A DNA stretch of 57,284 nt, filler included, from Basidioascus undulatus (Eukaryota): the NCBI GenBank assembly GCA_000826855.1. It is 4 parts of 4 records of this genome, joined end to end, with 100 filler letters (N's around TTAATTAATTAA, not from the genome) between each part and the next. Parts side by side here need not be neighbours in the genome. Positions count along the whole stretch, not along the records: positions 43,049 to 57,284 come from JTLS01000748.1; 3 more parts are not named here. One strand, 5' to 3'. The translations under genes were made by a program, and so were the position numbers. The notes under the pieces are model-generated. The model worked only from the letters and a program-made list of their open reading frames with translations. It did no database searches and had not been told where the DNA came from. Shown one piece after another: positions 43,524 through 57,284 of this stretch; position 1 is the stretch's first letter, and each line of letters opens with the position of its first letter.

Positions 43524-46500
43524 AGATAGAGATGTTGGAAGAAAGGGGCGTTTGAGTGGGCTGGAGGACGCGTCAGGCGGAATGGAGTCGGCAGGTGGTG
43601 CATGTAAGGGCTGGAATAAAGCGAGTTGCGACTCCCAGAGAGTCTCGATGAAGGATGATTATCTAAATCTGTGGATATCTATTCAATCAGACTTCTTTCA
43701 AACAGAAAATAATTTTGGGTCAGCGCTCAGCAATTACATGTACACCCCGGCTCTCAGTCTCCCACTACTGTCGTGTCGCTCGAATAACCAGCTGTTTCCA
43801 GCTCAAAGCTCTCTTTGGGTAAAATCTGGATATAGAGCCCACACATTACTGGAAAGTTACATTTTATACTGGAATGGTGAAATTAGTGCTCACGTTGAGA
43901 CCCCTTCCCAGCCGGTGCACTCGCGGCACGATCGCCTGCGTGCCTACTGCGATGCCGCCCATCTCCTGGTCAACCCACAGTCTTTAGTAACCGAAAGTCT
44001 GCAAGACACCCACATTTCAGGAGGCTTAGGGCGTATGTCCATATCATGTCGAGATCTCGAGCGCTAAGGTACCGCGCTTCGTAGCATTGCAGGATCTCGT
44101 CGATGGCCGGGTCTCTGTGTGGATTAAGATTTCAGCAGGCTGCTTTCGGGGGTTCAAAAGATGGAGACTGACAGTATACTTTCGGTCCACAACCGAAGTC
44201 CCACTGCATGGGAATTAATGCTGATAAACTCCTCACAGAACCGGCGAAGCAGTCTGCGCTGCGTTACAATGATACCCACCTGGCCCTCCCCTTCGATACG
44301 CCACGATCGCCTGCGTTGCCACAGATCTCAGCCACCAGGTGTCGGTATGGATGAGGCTCAGGCCCACCTCTATTCTCCAGAGTCTAAGCGGGGAGAACGC
44401 CTAGTGAATAAAGCGCATCTGTGCAGATCTCCACGGCTCGGCTTACTCGGTTCTCCCAACCAGCAACCATCCTATAGATCCGGTGCAGCGTCGGTGGGAC
44501 ATAGGCGGCTTGAGAGTGACGATTCCCTCGTTGGTGCCGAGCTCACTGTGGATGTCCAGTATCGAGCGTTTAGTGGCGTCCATCGTGAATGTGGGTAAGG
44601 CAGAAGGCAACGAAGCGTTCGCCGGGTCGATAAAGGTCGACTTGGAATCAGTAAGATTCTCGGGCCCCACGCCGTCCGCATGTGCTTGTGCATGTGCATC
44701 ATGATGAACCGGCACACCGGAACGCAGCATTCATTTAGCTCCTGCGATCGTGCCCAAACAAAAAGGAAGGGAGAGATGGGTCGTGGTCGAGGTTGAAGTT
44801 TGAACGGTGCGGAGTGAACGGGCGATCTACGCGCAGCAGGTACAAGAGGTACACAGCTTTGCGGGCCGCGTTCGCAGCCGTTTGTGGACGCTATGTAGAC
44901 GGCCGACGGTGACGGACACAAATCTCCTGAGAATATTCATTTCACGCTCAGCTTTGCATTTCAAGGCCATTTAATGTCTGCTGATTTGTTTAATAGACAC
45001 CAGACCGACAAGATGTGCTGGTGTATTCGGCCTCGTCCATGCCCGCTTCGAAGGGAGTGGAAATTGTTTCAGAGGTGCAGTTCTGAGTGAAGACTTTACA
45101 AGGGAGGGAGCGAAGGTTCTCTTGCATGTATCCACTTCTGCAGGGTTTCCAGTATTATGTATGCCCATCTCAGTACAGCTGTGAGTACCGTCAAAGCCGC
45201 TCATGAGCTGATTTCCCAAAGCGGGATAGATGAGCAGGCGCACGCACATTGCACTGCTGTCGCAGCCTCTCAACCATCCCAGCTCTTCCACAGGAATGCC
45301 ATCTGGTGGATGCCATACTCTCAAATCAGCCGGTGAAGGCAAGGAACCTATCAAAGGTCAGGACTTACAAGTCATCATCGTCTGGCTCGCATCCCATACC
45401 GCCTGAAGTGACTCGGGCCATATCCACCCTGAACAGGACAATATCAGGCTAGTTCCTTGACATTGCTCAAGAGGACCTACCTCCTTGGTATCCGGCAATA
45501 CATATGTCTACAACTGTGCAGCTGGAGTGCTCCTCGTGAGCGTACATGAGAGTGAGAGTGTGAAGCTGATGTAAGAACGCACTATCCCAGCCCATTATTC
45601 CCGTTCACCCAATCCAACACTGCTCCTGTAAAGAAGTGAACATCTTGACCTTCCACAGCCACGCAAACTCGAGCTCAGAGACTTACCGAAGCCACCGGAA
45701 GTCCAGGCGTTCCAAAGCTGAAGATGAATAAGAGTCGTGAATCACAGGATTACAGCTCGTGGCAACATGGTACTTCACTTCTTCAGGGAGTGTCCTGTCG
45801 GTTGGACGTTAGTAACCCTCACTGGGACGGTTATCCAGGAGAGAGCGTGGCGTACTCCGCAGCCTTTTGGATCTCCCAGTTAGCCCATTGAATGCCGTCC
45901 ATTGGCGCGCATTGGCGAGGGACCGTACACCTTGCTCTCCGTGTTCGTTCTCGCGTCCAGTGGCATTCTGAAAGAGTTGAGAAGGGAAGTTGTTGGGCCG
46001 CCCATTTCGAACCTCCGTTTGCTTTTGTTGATTGATAATAGACCAGTCCATGTGCCGTGGCCGGCCCGTTGCGGCGCTGTTCGACAGAGCGGTGCCTCAC
46101 CTCAGCAAACACATGTGCTCGGCAACGTGGCAGATGAAAGCCACCGAGGTTGATGGGAGTGTTACTCATTTCCATTTCATTCCGTGTGTAGCCGCCAGAC
46201 ATGCTCAAAGGTCCGATGTTTGGGACTACCGAGCCAAGGTCCTGGTGGACAGCTCGTTCCTGAGGAAGGACCAGCGGAAAGTTTTGGAAAACTCAAGATT
46301 GTTCATGATATTGACCCCAGGTGGTTACTGACAGTGCGGGTCAGTGTTGCGAACGACTGTGGAAGGTGGAAGGTGAAAGTGGCAGGGTGAAAATAATTGT
46401 TTGCCACAAACAGACAGGTGCTTGGGTCGTCGGACGCAAGCACATTTCATTGCAGGACGCTCTGAGTGCCGTGACCGACTCAGGCCTGGAAACTGAGCCG

Positions 46501-46615
46501 CATAACATCACTTGCCTGCCAATCTACAGCCCTGCATTTCCTCAGCAGCCTCATCAGCCGCTTAGCGGACACTAGAACCGCCCCCGCCCCAACTACTCGA
46601 CCTGTATACTCTGCC

Positions 46616-49600
46616 ATGTCGCAGCCGGCGACCCAGTTCGAGAGTCGGGTGCGTCTCCGGCGCTTGATCTTCTCCCTTCCCCGAGCGCCACTGACAAGCT
46701 CTGGCGGGCGTGGCAGCTCTGGCGCGAGGACGTCGTGTGTAAGGAGGACGACCCGAACACGCTTTACATCGTTACTGTGAGTGGGAAGCTTAGGTGCATG
46801 GCTGAAGCGGCGGCAGACGAGCTGATGTGGAGGTGCAGCGATGCTGGCACGACTCGGAGGAGGATGATCAGCAGCAGGCGCAGCCTGCGTATGCTGGTGA
46901 GCCGGAGGCTGATTACAAGCCGGTGCGTCCATCTTTATTCTCTCCTGCTCTGGAAGAGGCTGACGCCCTGCTTGCAGCTCGAGCGAGGGCAGGTCGCGCT
47001 CCTCAAGTTCCCCAAGCTCGATCGCAGCATCGAGTCCGAACCCGGCCTCATCGTGCTCGACCGCTCCTTCCAGATCGGAGACTTCGCCAAGCGCTCACAC
47101 CTGCACACCGAGGGCGGCGTCATCGTCGGCTCGAGCCGCGAGATCCGCCTGAAGCACGTCATCACCGACCGCGAGGTCGAGGCGTGGGTGCCTGCGGACG
47201 AGGTCGAGCTCGGCATCACGCTCGCGCAGGGCGACCATGTCATTGCGGGGGACTGGGTGGGCGTGGTAGAGGAGTGCTTTGAGGAGGCGTTGGTGGAGCA
47301 GGGTGCTGGAGATCTGTTCCGCGTGGCGGACGTGGGGTCGAAGTTGACAGTGGGCGAGAAGGGCGAGGTGAGTGGATGGTCGTGTGACGGGCGCTGGGCG
47401 CTGGGTGGGCAATGGGAGCAGTGAGGCTGATGGGGTGGTTATCCAGGACGTTTTCCCCGCATCATCGTTCCTCGCGCAGGTCTTCCCCGCCATCGCGAGT
47501 CGCGTCAACCGCTCCGAAACCATCGTCGACGTCAAGCAGACGCTCGTCTGCGTCAACTGGCTAGGCATCAACCAGAAGCTGCGGCCGGACATTCAGGCGG
47601 ACAAGCCTCGGCCGCCGCGGTATTGGGGGTACGCGGCCCCCGGGAGCACGCGCGAGGAGTCGGTCGGCAACATCTCGGACCTCACCGTCGTCCGGATGCT
47701 CGGCGGTCGGGAGTCCGTCAGCGTTGGGGACAAGGTCGTCTTTAAGACGCTGGAACTGGAAACTAGTGCGTCCTTTCAATGCTGCAGTGCATGGGCTCTT
47801 CTCATGATTTGGATGACTTTCTAGAGTACGACGTTCAGCCTAGCTTGCATGGCGTGCACGCCGTCCGAACGCTGCTCGTCACGCAGTCTCGTACTAAAGT
47901 GCGTGTGCTGTGGCAAGACGGAACCCGAACGGAGGAGCTTTCGAAGGATTTGTGCGTACTTTCGTTTTCATCCGCTGCTCGACGATTCACTGACGACGCT
48001 TGCATTGCAGGATCTTCATGAACAATCCTGATGAATACGACCTTTGTACGCTAAAGCGTGCGCTCTGTGGAAGGACGTTTCTGACTTTCGGGGGTTTGCA
48101 GGGCCTGGTGACTATGCTCTGTGGAAGGGCGAGGGCGAGGAGACGCGGGTGGCGGTCGTTCAGAAGGCCGACGCGCAGCAGCGGACAGCTGAGGTCATCT
48201 GGTACGGCACCCAAGTACGTACTTGCTCATCTCGCCTGCGACAGAAGCAGTGCTGACGAAATTGCGGGTTCAGGACAAGGAAGTCGTTTCGGTGCTCGAG
48301 CTTGACCCGCATGGCCCTCCGCCCGACTCCTTCGGCGTACGACGAGGCGACGTCGTCTTCATCGGCTCAGATCCGAACGGGTACGAGCTGCCCGCCATCC
48401 CTCGTATCGGCGAATCCGAGGTACGACAGATCTTGAAACGGGACATGCCGTGCATTCAGCTGACGTCTTCTGCACGCTTACAGCATTTCCCTGGTGACGA
48501 CGAACTCCGCGCCACCATCTCTTCCCTCGGCATGGCGCAGTCCAAGGCTTTCGCACATCTTCCTATTCCTAAGCCCCGAAATGGCAAGGACGCGCCGGAG
48601 ATCGACTGGTACGGGGAGGTGGTCGGGCTCCGCACCGACGGTCTGATTGAGAGTGAGTCTCTACTCCTTCACGCGTTTCAGTCATTCTTTCGTGCAGGCT
48701 TGACCAAGCGGCCGTCTTATTCCTCGTCTTCAGTCGAGCTGCCGTCCGGGACGGTCGTGCACGAGCGGCTAGACCGGCTCACGCTCCTGAACGACGGCAG
48801 CGATCCCGACGCGATGTGGGGCGACGAGTACGACAGCGCGTACGAGGACGAGATGGAGGAGGACGCGGCTGCGAGCGACGCGAGCTGGACGACGGACGAG
48901 GGCATCGAGGAAGGCGACCTGCCGGAGGAGGAGCAGGAGCCCGTGGTCGACGAGTGGGCCGCAATGGACGTCGAGGAGGAGCCGGCGGCGCCCAAACCCA
49001 AGCCTGCGGCGTCCCTGCCGCTCAGCGAGCCGTCTTCGACTGACGCGACCCGCGTGCCCTCGCCCTCCGGCCAGAAGCTCCCCGTCGAACTCCCTGCCGC
49101 GCGCGACGCCGACGAGGACGACGAGCAATGGCAGCGCTTCCTGCAGCTCGAGGAGGTCCCGCCTGATCACGCGTTCACGAGCAAAGAGGCGGTTACTCCC
49201 GGAAAGGTTCGTCGTCTGTTCCTCAGTCTCGCGAAGTCAGGCTTGCTTACTCTGCTTCGCTCGACAGCCGTACATGGTGCGGTTACAGAAGGAGTACCGT
49301 GTACTGCAGTCTAGCTTGCCAGGTCGGTCCCTCATGTCCTTTCGTGCTTCAAGGGCTCTTACGAACCGGCGGTCGAGACTTTCTCCAGACTCCATCCTCG
49401 TCCGCACGTACGAAAACCGGATCGACCTCATGCGTGTACTGATTATCGGCCCTCCCGGTACACCGTGAGTCAATGTGTCTCTTCGGTGCCTTTTCACCTG
49501 CTCACCGTTCCCGCACAGATATGAGGACGCACCTTTCCTTATCGACTTCTACCTCCCACCCGACAAGTTCCCCTTCGAAGTACATTGTGATGACATGTGT

Positions 49601-50457
49601 GAGGGAGCACACACGCTGATGACAACCTCTCCGCAGCCGCCGGTCGCACACTTCCATAGCGTTCGTTTCACGGCGCTTCATCTCTGCTCGCTTGCTCCCG
49701 CTGACTCAATCGCATCCGCAGTGGACCAACGGCAACGGCCGCGTAAACCCCAATCTCTACGAAGAAGGTGCGGATGTCCGTTTACGAAGAGTACATGGAC
49801 AACAGCTGCTTACGCGCTGGACTTGCAGGCAAGGTCTGCCTGTCCCTGCTCAACACGTGGCAAGGAGAGGGCTGGTCCCCGCAGAAGAGCTCGCTTCTGC
49901 AAGCCGTCGTCTCTATTCAGGGTCTCGTGCTCGTCAAGGTCCGCCCCGCAGTGCCCCGTGCGCGGAATCGCCACAACTGACGTCTCGTTTGAAATTCGCA
50001 GGAGCCCTGGTTCTGCGAACCGGCCTACGAGAAGTTGCGAGGAACGAAGGAGGGCATCGTCAACAGGTGAGACGTTTTCTCTTCACGGGCTCGTCTCCTA
50101 TCGCTGACGCAGGTCTTCAACAGCCGCCTTTACTCGGAGAAGGCCTACGTGCTGTCCCGCGGCTTCATCCGCCGCGCGTTAGACATGCGCATCTCCGGCC
50201 TCGCGGACGAAATGGACTACTTCTACTTCCGTCAAGGTCGTCTTGCAATGGTGCTCGACCGCGCACGTAAGCTCGTCGAGGCGAGCGAAGCAGCTTCCCC
50301 CTCCACGAACGGGCAGGGCGAGGCGCAAGACGCCGGAGCCCAGAAGGACGAGGAGGCGATCGATCGGCTGAGTCTCGGGGCCGTTCTCCCGCTCAAGCGG
50401 CATCTGGTTGCGCTCGAGAAGCAGCTGGAGAGCTGGAAGGCGACCTACATGGAGTGA
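46616..50457 (+). CDS. UBE2O: UBE2O-like E2/E3 hybrid ubiquitin-conjugating enzyme
   Basis: The N-terminal region has [26 protein letters not shown] and [11 protein letters not shown]. The UBC domain reads [50 protein letters not shown]...[23 protein letters not shown]...[15 protein letters not shown]. Confidence 0.92.
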
Positions 50458-50663
50458 TAGGTGTTTTTTGCATCGGCCGGTTTTACAGTATTGCTTCGTA
50501 TTTGCATTCGCATTGCATGTTCTGGTCCTGGCTCTGCGGGCTTTGTTCGCATTCAAGTCGCGCCGCTTACTCAGTGGGCGTCCGCAAGCGACCGCAACGA
50601 CAACGGCTAACGTAACGCAGTACTCAACACGAGCGTTTGTGATGCATCTCAAAAGAGCGGAGT

Positions 50664-51977
50664 TCAACCTGGGAAGCGGTGGCGCCACTTGCCGGCTTTG
50701 AACTGTCCTTCTAGGTCAAGCGTAAACAGCTTACCCGAGTGCGGATACTGCGCCGCCTTGTCTTGGTCACCGGACTCGTCGAGACTGGCTGTTGTGATGA
50801 ACAGGGTAGAAAGGCTGGGGCCTGCAGCATGCGTCAGTTACGTTCTCTAGGCGCCCCCGATCAACCGCTACTCACCGCCCAACTCGCACGCAGTCGGGTT
50901 GAGTGCTTTCGGGAGGTGGACTATCACATCGACCTTTCCGTCGCGATCAAATCTGACGACCTTGGAGCCGTTGAATCTGACAGGGAGTTTGGTTGGATCA
51001 TTATGGACCGCAAGCTTACAGCTCTCACGGAGGAAGCGTGAGACGTACCTCGCACCCCAACATCCGCCGTCAGAGTCCCAGCAGAAGCCATCGGGCGCGC
51101 CGCCCAGTCCGAGGTCGGTGGTGTCTAGCCACACACGCCGGTTCTTCGCCGTTCCGTCAAGGAGAGACTAGTACGGCAAGACGATCAGTCCCAGGGCCGC
51201 CGCGAGCCCGTCGGAAACACCGCGAGGGAGCCTACGTAGTCGTATGCGTAAATCTTCTGGTCGTCGGTCGAAGTGAGGTAGCTGCTCCAAGATTAGATAA
51301 GCTAGACGATCTGTCATAAGTTTGAAATGCACCCACAATGTCTTATTGTCGGCGCTCCACCCCATTCCGTTCGGCGTCGTTATGTCTTTGTCTTCGAAGA
51401 GCGAGACGTGAAGGTCCAAGCCCAGCTGGTACACTTTGCCATGCTGCTTGGATGCCGCCGGTTTCATCACCCCTTGAAAAAGAGCTGTTTTCAGCACAGA
51501 ATCGTTGGATAGGCAATACGGACGTACCGGCCAGGAACCGACCCATTGCATCGCAGGCGCCGTCGTTCGCTCGGCTGTCCGGATCAATGGTGAGCTCGAA
51601 GGGCTCGCGCACATACGTGAGCTTGGCAGGAAGGCCATTTTCGGGCGGAATTATCACAGCAAAGCCCTTTTTGGCGGCGCAGGCCAGCTACGTTACGAAG
51701 GAAGCCGGTTGTCAGTCATGGAAGCGGACTGGCAACGGTCAATGCCAGCACTTACCCCTTTCTCCTTCGTCCTCAACGCTAAGCAGGTAACGGCATCTTC
51801 GAAGTGGTCGGCCGAGAGGGTGTTGTTGTCGAGATTAAGGTGGTGCACTCGGTTATTGTTGATGTCCACAAAGTGTAGAACGTTCGTCTCCGCCTCGTAC
51901 AGTGGACCCTCGCCGAGCGCGCACGCCGGGACGACGTCGGGAAGAAAGGGCTCCTCTAGAGTGAACTCGCGGGTCAT
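50664..51977 (-). CDS. SMP-30/gluconolactonase/regucalcin family protein
   Basis: ACALGEGPLYE...FVDI...RANDGACDAMGRFLAG...PNGMGWSADNKTLY...IYAYDY...APDGFCWDSDGGCWGA...PTACELGGPSLSTLFITTA...SGKLFTL. The stop TGA is at 50664-50666. Confidence 0.92.
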
Positions 51978-54900
51978 AATCAGGGAGAATGCGTTGGCAC
52001 AGCTTGATGGTGAAAGGAAAACGAGTACACTGCTCTTTGATAACTGCACCGCTGCTCCAGTGACGTCGTCAGTCCACTTGGCTGAGCCAACTCTCCTACC
52101 CTCATGATGACAAACAACAGGACTTATATAAAGACCCAATGAGGGTTTTTATGTTATTACAAACCACCTTTAGGTGTCGGCGGTGGCTCGAGACTCTTCT
52201 CATGCGGAGGTCAGTGGAGAAAATCTCACTGGCAGCTCTCAGAAATGAAGGTTGCTTGTGTCTGCCTGGCAGCGGGCTGACAGCTGCTTCGCAGATTGAG
52301 TTTCGGGACTGAATTCCACTCTGTGGCTCATTAACTCAAGTAAATTGTCCGTTTAAGATTGGGGATACACGAACCCTACCACTGAGGGGACCCGCACAGG
52401 CATCCGAGAAAGGAAGCCGAACTAACTAGCACGTCAAGTCTGATAGTCAGACCGCTCGGTTTACATTAAGCATGTGGTAGCTGAAGATAATAGGAGTCTA
52501 TAAAGAATATATTCAAGTCCAGAGGTTGGGATGTAGGCTTAGATGTTGAAATTGCCGAAGTGTAGCGAGCTGAGACACTTCCCTGCTAAGATCCTCCCCC
52601 TTGAATTCAACCACGGCTGGTGCGATGCAAACGTAGACATATTTTTAGCGGGATCACGTCGTAGCATGATATCCCCCCTCGAACGTCGCTAAGTGAAAGA
52701 CTACCAGGTCAGTCTGCCTCACATCGACTGATGGCAGAATCGCAGTGAAGGGTAGGATCTTCATGGCCTTCTTGTCGCAAGCATCACAGTACGACTGTAT
52801 CATTAAATGTATCATGTATTGTAGGAGAGAATAACGATTCTAAACTGCAGAGTGTAGCATAGCCGAGAATGAGAAGGGGACTGTTTTGCCGCCCTGCCGG
52901 AGCGTCGAAGATTCGGAATGAAAATGCTCGAGAAAGAGAAAGACGCTCGACGGAAAGTATCAATAAAGCCCGGGATATTCGAAGACGCACTGAGGAGAAG
53001 CAGTGTAAACACAATGGACACTGATACAAACTTCGCAAAGAAGACGTACGTCCAAACCCGTTATGAGCCGTTGGATCGTGTAGCGTAACTCCGGGACGTG
53101 CTCGTGAACGTTGTCTTTTAACGTTTCCCGGGATGAGGATGTACCACAACGCAGACCACGGAGTGAATAGCTCACGTTCCCAACAAGCGGTCGCCATGCC
53201 TTGTGCGTGTTCCCTCGTCTCAGCGTACAGAAAACCCTGTTCACGTTCGTGCTCCCTTCCGCTCAGTCTTGTTTGCACGCCTGTGATAAAGTAGAAAGCT
53301 CACTCCTTCGTAGAGCTGGATTAGGTTCTCTGCCACTTGGTCACTGGACCCGTCACGATTATAACCTCTCAGTGCCCCGCACAATCCATCCGGCGTCGAC
53401 CTGAAAGCACTGATGTACGCACAACTCAGGAAGCCAGTCCTCGAGGAGTCCCTCTAACAAGGGACGTCAGGGTTCCTGCTGGAGAATGAAAATGGAAAGG
53501 AACCACGAACCTTCTCCTTCGTCAATCCAAGTATCCCAGAACTGCCCTTTGACTCAAGTGTGAGTGTGCTGCCGTGAAGCCATAGTGCTTTCGCGTACCC
53601 TCTCGTAAAGCCAACTGGAACCTCTGGTCGTCAGCATTCGTGGTTCCTTGTCGGCACAAGGCACCCCCCAGGGCCATTCTCATTGCCAGAAACCATGTAG
53701 AACGTACTCTAACTGATTCACCAGAGTATTGTTCGAGTTGACAATCATTTGCTGCCAGTAGGGCGAGCGTGCGTCGGCCATCGTTATCGGTATGAGATTC
53801 TGGAGGTAAAGATCGAGACTGTACTGATGGAAGATAACTGGTTGGAGAGAGGTAGAACACGAGGGGTGGAAGCTGCTGATGCTGAACAGCCGAACCAGAT
53901 ATTGGGTGGAGCTCGGAACCCGCTGTTCGCGCAAGGCTGCCGGGCGGCGACAGTGCCTCTTCCGTCTCTGCCGCCGTGCTCCGCGTCTCAACTTTGACCA
54001 GCATCGCGCAATACCCATTGACTTCGTCCTCCTCGACCTAAGTTTCTCTATCTGAGTGGTACCTTTCTCCACCGCCGGGAACATGACGCGCAAAGCAAGG
54101 ACGGGTCGCGTGGACAGGATGCGCAAACAGCCGTCGTCCTGCCCAATCTGATACAGCCGTGAACCTAGTAGACTTTCGGCGGCAGTGATGAGCTGGTGAA
54201 ACACATTTACGCTCCTTGAGGTCGTACCAGGAGGCCGGCTGTACCCGAGCTGTACTGTGAATTGCGCAACATGTCCACTCGAGAACCACATGGTACCGCT
54301 TCGACAGTTTCCGCGAGTGGCCAGGAAGCCACTCCCCTGCACCCGAGGATGAATACTCCGCGTCAAGAACAACGTCGCACAGCAGTAATCAAACCCACGA
54401 TCACGGACGCCCAGTCTGACATTGGCGGTGAGAGCCGAAAGTGCCGAGCGTTTGCAGCGTTCTGCATCGTTCTGGTTCTCGCGTTGGAATTAGTTTTCCA
54501 ATTCCCTAACACTCTTCTACAACTCTAAACAACCAAGATAGGTTCTGCCTTTCTAAGGAGAAGACCGCGGCCCGAGCAAGTGACATTGAAGCTGCCTCGA
54601 CGCACCATTCTGCGATGACAAGATGAGAACGTCCAACATCGCGATAGCATTGCTGATGATTTAAATGTTGTGTATCCAAACTGCCTACCTTGTATTTCAA
54701 TGTACAGGTATGCAAGGGGGGTGAGAAGACTTTCCACATGCATGACACCTTCAAATTGACGTGTTGGCTGAGGCAAGTCTGGCACTGTTTAGCCAGACGA
54801 AGGCCGGAGTGGACCATCGGTGAATTCTTTATCCATCAAAGTATCCAATACCAATCCCTCGTAAAAGTGTCTTCCTCACGGCTGTACAGGCACGAGTCAA

Positions 54901-57284
54901 ACCTTGGCGACATAATTCAAGATGGAAGAGCTGCACACACATATCGACAAGCTGCGCGCATAACTATGCTGGAAGACAAGGGGAAGGCCCAATCCCACTT
55001 GAGGAAAATATATAACAAGCCTACTTCAATATCGCCACACCTGGAAGAGGTAGGTGAGCATTGGTATTCCCTGATATCGGAAATGAGTCTACACAGTCAA
55101 GACGCTCACTTATCTCATTGCAGTTATCTGTTGCTCGCGAAAAGCTGGTTGGAGACTTAAAGCGAATTATTTTACTAATATCGGGGATGGTGACCTTCCG
55201 CTGGACCTTGCAGACTTGTCGGGTGGTGCAGGTCCATGGGAGGCAGTGCCAGCCGGGTGTTTCCCCTCCGGGCTGCAGAATGCAGAACGTCGACAAGGGA
55301 GCGTGCACTTGTGTTCTTCGCATGTTAATATTACCAGAGCTAATTTTCTTGTATCACCCTACCACACTAAACACACGGAAGCTTCGGCTTTGAAACCGGG
55401 CTTGACTGCGCCGTTTTATGCGAGGGTGATATATTGTTGCGGTTGGGAAACGCCCAACAGCTTCAACGGGGTACTTTTCTGAGAGGCATGCCTCCCAAAA
55501 ATTTATCCTTCCATCAGTTTGGGGCGAGCACAGATTGGCACTTAGGGAGAGCACACCGCATCGCCAACAGCCATGAGGTGTTGCCTGCCGCTTGCTCGCA
55601 GCATGATATGCATTCGGAAAGACTCAAGCTCAAGCTGAAATTCTTCAGATCCACAGAAAGTATCCATAGGAACGTCCTCTTGAGTTCATCATGCAACACC
55701 GAGTTTTTGCGGTGCGAAGCGAGTGGCCCACTCACCGTACATATCGTAAGCTGTCAGCGTTCGCTGACTGCTCCCGATAAACCCGCAAACCAGAATCGCA
55801 GTCTGCTTGTTCCGCTCAATCATCGTCCTCTCCCTCTTCAACCATCTTCGAATTTCTTCGCATCCTGCGAGCATCGCCACGTTTCGAGGACCACGCGATC
55901 TCTCCCCGTGCCTCCCTGCTCATTTGAGGACTTCCCGTAGGCCAGATTGCCAGAATAGCGGCACCAGATGCAAACGGGGGAAAGGGGTGAAATCCGTCAG
56001 CTCTACTGCAGGGCACACAAAGTCTGCTAGGTTGCCAGTCTGGCGCGAGTGTCCGTGCGTCGGGCTGCATGGCATGTATCACAGTTCGCAGTACACGGGA
56101 CAGTCGCGCTGTCGTTCGGAAGATCTGCCGAACGTCCAAAAATTATCTGGAGGTTCTGTCAAGCATCTGGGGAGGGTTGTTGAACCCTCCTCAGATTCGG
56201 TGATCTGGCGGACCTCTGACCACGCGGTTGCTGTCGCTCACGATCCTCCAGACGCCTTAAACACGCAATCTGGCACCGCTAAACCAGAGATCTGGCCTGC
56301 GGGAAGTCCCCCATTTGTCCGATAGACAATTTGGGTGACTTCTCCTTCCCCCACCAAGGATAAGGATTAACAATCATGCGACATGCGACAGTACAAGAGG
56401 GGCAAGTCCCCGTGCGGCGGGCCGCGAGGGCGGACAAACACAAAGGCGCTGCGGGCCCCGCCGTGTGAACTTGTGGAGCTGTCTTAACTCTTGCCCCTTG
56501 GCGTGGGAAGAATGTGGGTGTAAAAAATTGACGTGTCAAAGGATTTGTGAAGGTGACAGATAACTGGGGAGGGATGGAAGTGCGCCAAAGAAAGATGAAA
56601 GGGAGGGTGGGCGGACTGCGTTTGTCGTCGACTTGTCTGCTGCCGGTGTTCTCCGTCAAAGATAAACAACACACTGCAGATAATGCGGTAAAACAATGGA
56701 TACAGCTATATATCCTGCCAGACGGACAGTGGACGCAGTCGCCGAGCGTGTGTCTCGCTGCCATGGTCTGCGCCGGACTGCCAGCGAACCTTTTTTGTCC
56801 TTTCCTTCCCTTTCAGCGTGAACGCGAGAGACAAGCGTTTGAAACACAATTTCAGACCAAAGAACTCTGAGCAAGAGCCAGACCCTTCGGCATTCTGTGG
56901 AAGCGCAACTAGTTAAGCGAAGCGGCCGAACCAGGTCTGTCCAAGCACACCACAAACATACAAAGCAGCGAAATCAAAGATCATGCGATAGAGAATCCAA
57001 CAAGCCATGCGAACGAAGCAGAGAGCTTAGCGAGACGACCAGAAGACAAAACGAGACTGTCCGAGAAACCGACGACTGCGAGAGAATACGATACGAAACG
57101 ATACGAAACGGACTATTTGTGGGTACGACAACAGAAGACATGTGGGAGAGTGGTTCCGGGGCGAATAAGAACGGTTTGGGGGGTATACGGAGTGGGAGGA
57201 GGGGGATGCGAGCATGCGAGGAGCGATGGGGATGCTTGGTACATAGGGCGGGAGGGGACGACTAGGGGAGGGGAGGACCGGGGG

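Overview
This is eukaryotic, GC-rich, intron-dense fungal DNA. The gene content and the short GT-AG introns with CTRAY-like branch sites suggest a basidiomycete, possibly a Pucciniomycotina yeast (inference). Three artificial 100-nt spacers (N44-TTAATTAATTAA-N44) split the window into four contigs, so adjacency across them is not proven. Manual splicing recovers these genes: a half PQ-loop transporter fused to an unknown N-terminal domain, a CFEM protein, a glycolipid transfer protein (HET-C2 type), an ExoIII/APE1-type AP endonuclease (partial), U2SURP (partial), a full-length ABCC transporter, an acyl-CoA-binding protein (partial), DNA polymerase kappa (partial), a single-pass membrane protein, a GH5 beta-mannanase, cyclin H, NADPH-cytochrome P450 reductase (partial), a small secreted Cys-rich protein, a UBE2O-like E2/E3 hybrid and an SMP-30/regucalcin protein. 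Decayed material lies between them: a multiply broken MDR oxidoreductase, a truncated secreted DJ-1/PfpI gene, several F-box/LRR-like remnants, an orphan MYND finger, a CpG-depleted TIR-like relic, a mitochondrial nad5 fragment (NUMT) and a degenerate tRNA-Ala(CGC). I found no convincing new multi-gene system. The best novelty candidate is the in-frame half-PQ-loop chimera at 4214-6250. Family calls come from motif recognition only, no database search was run, and exon boundaries are manual predictions.
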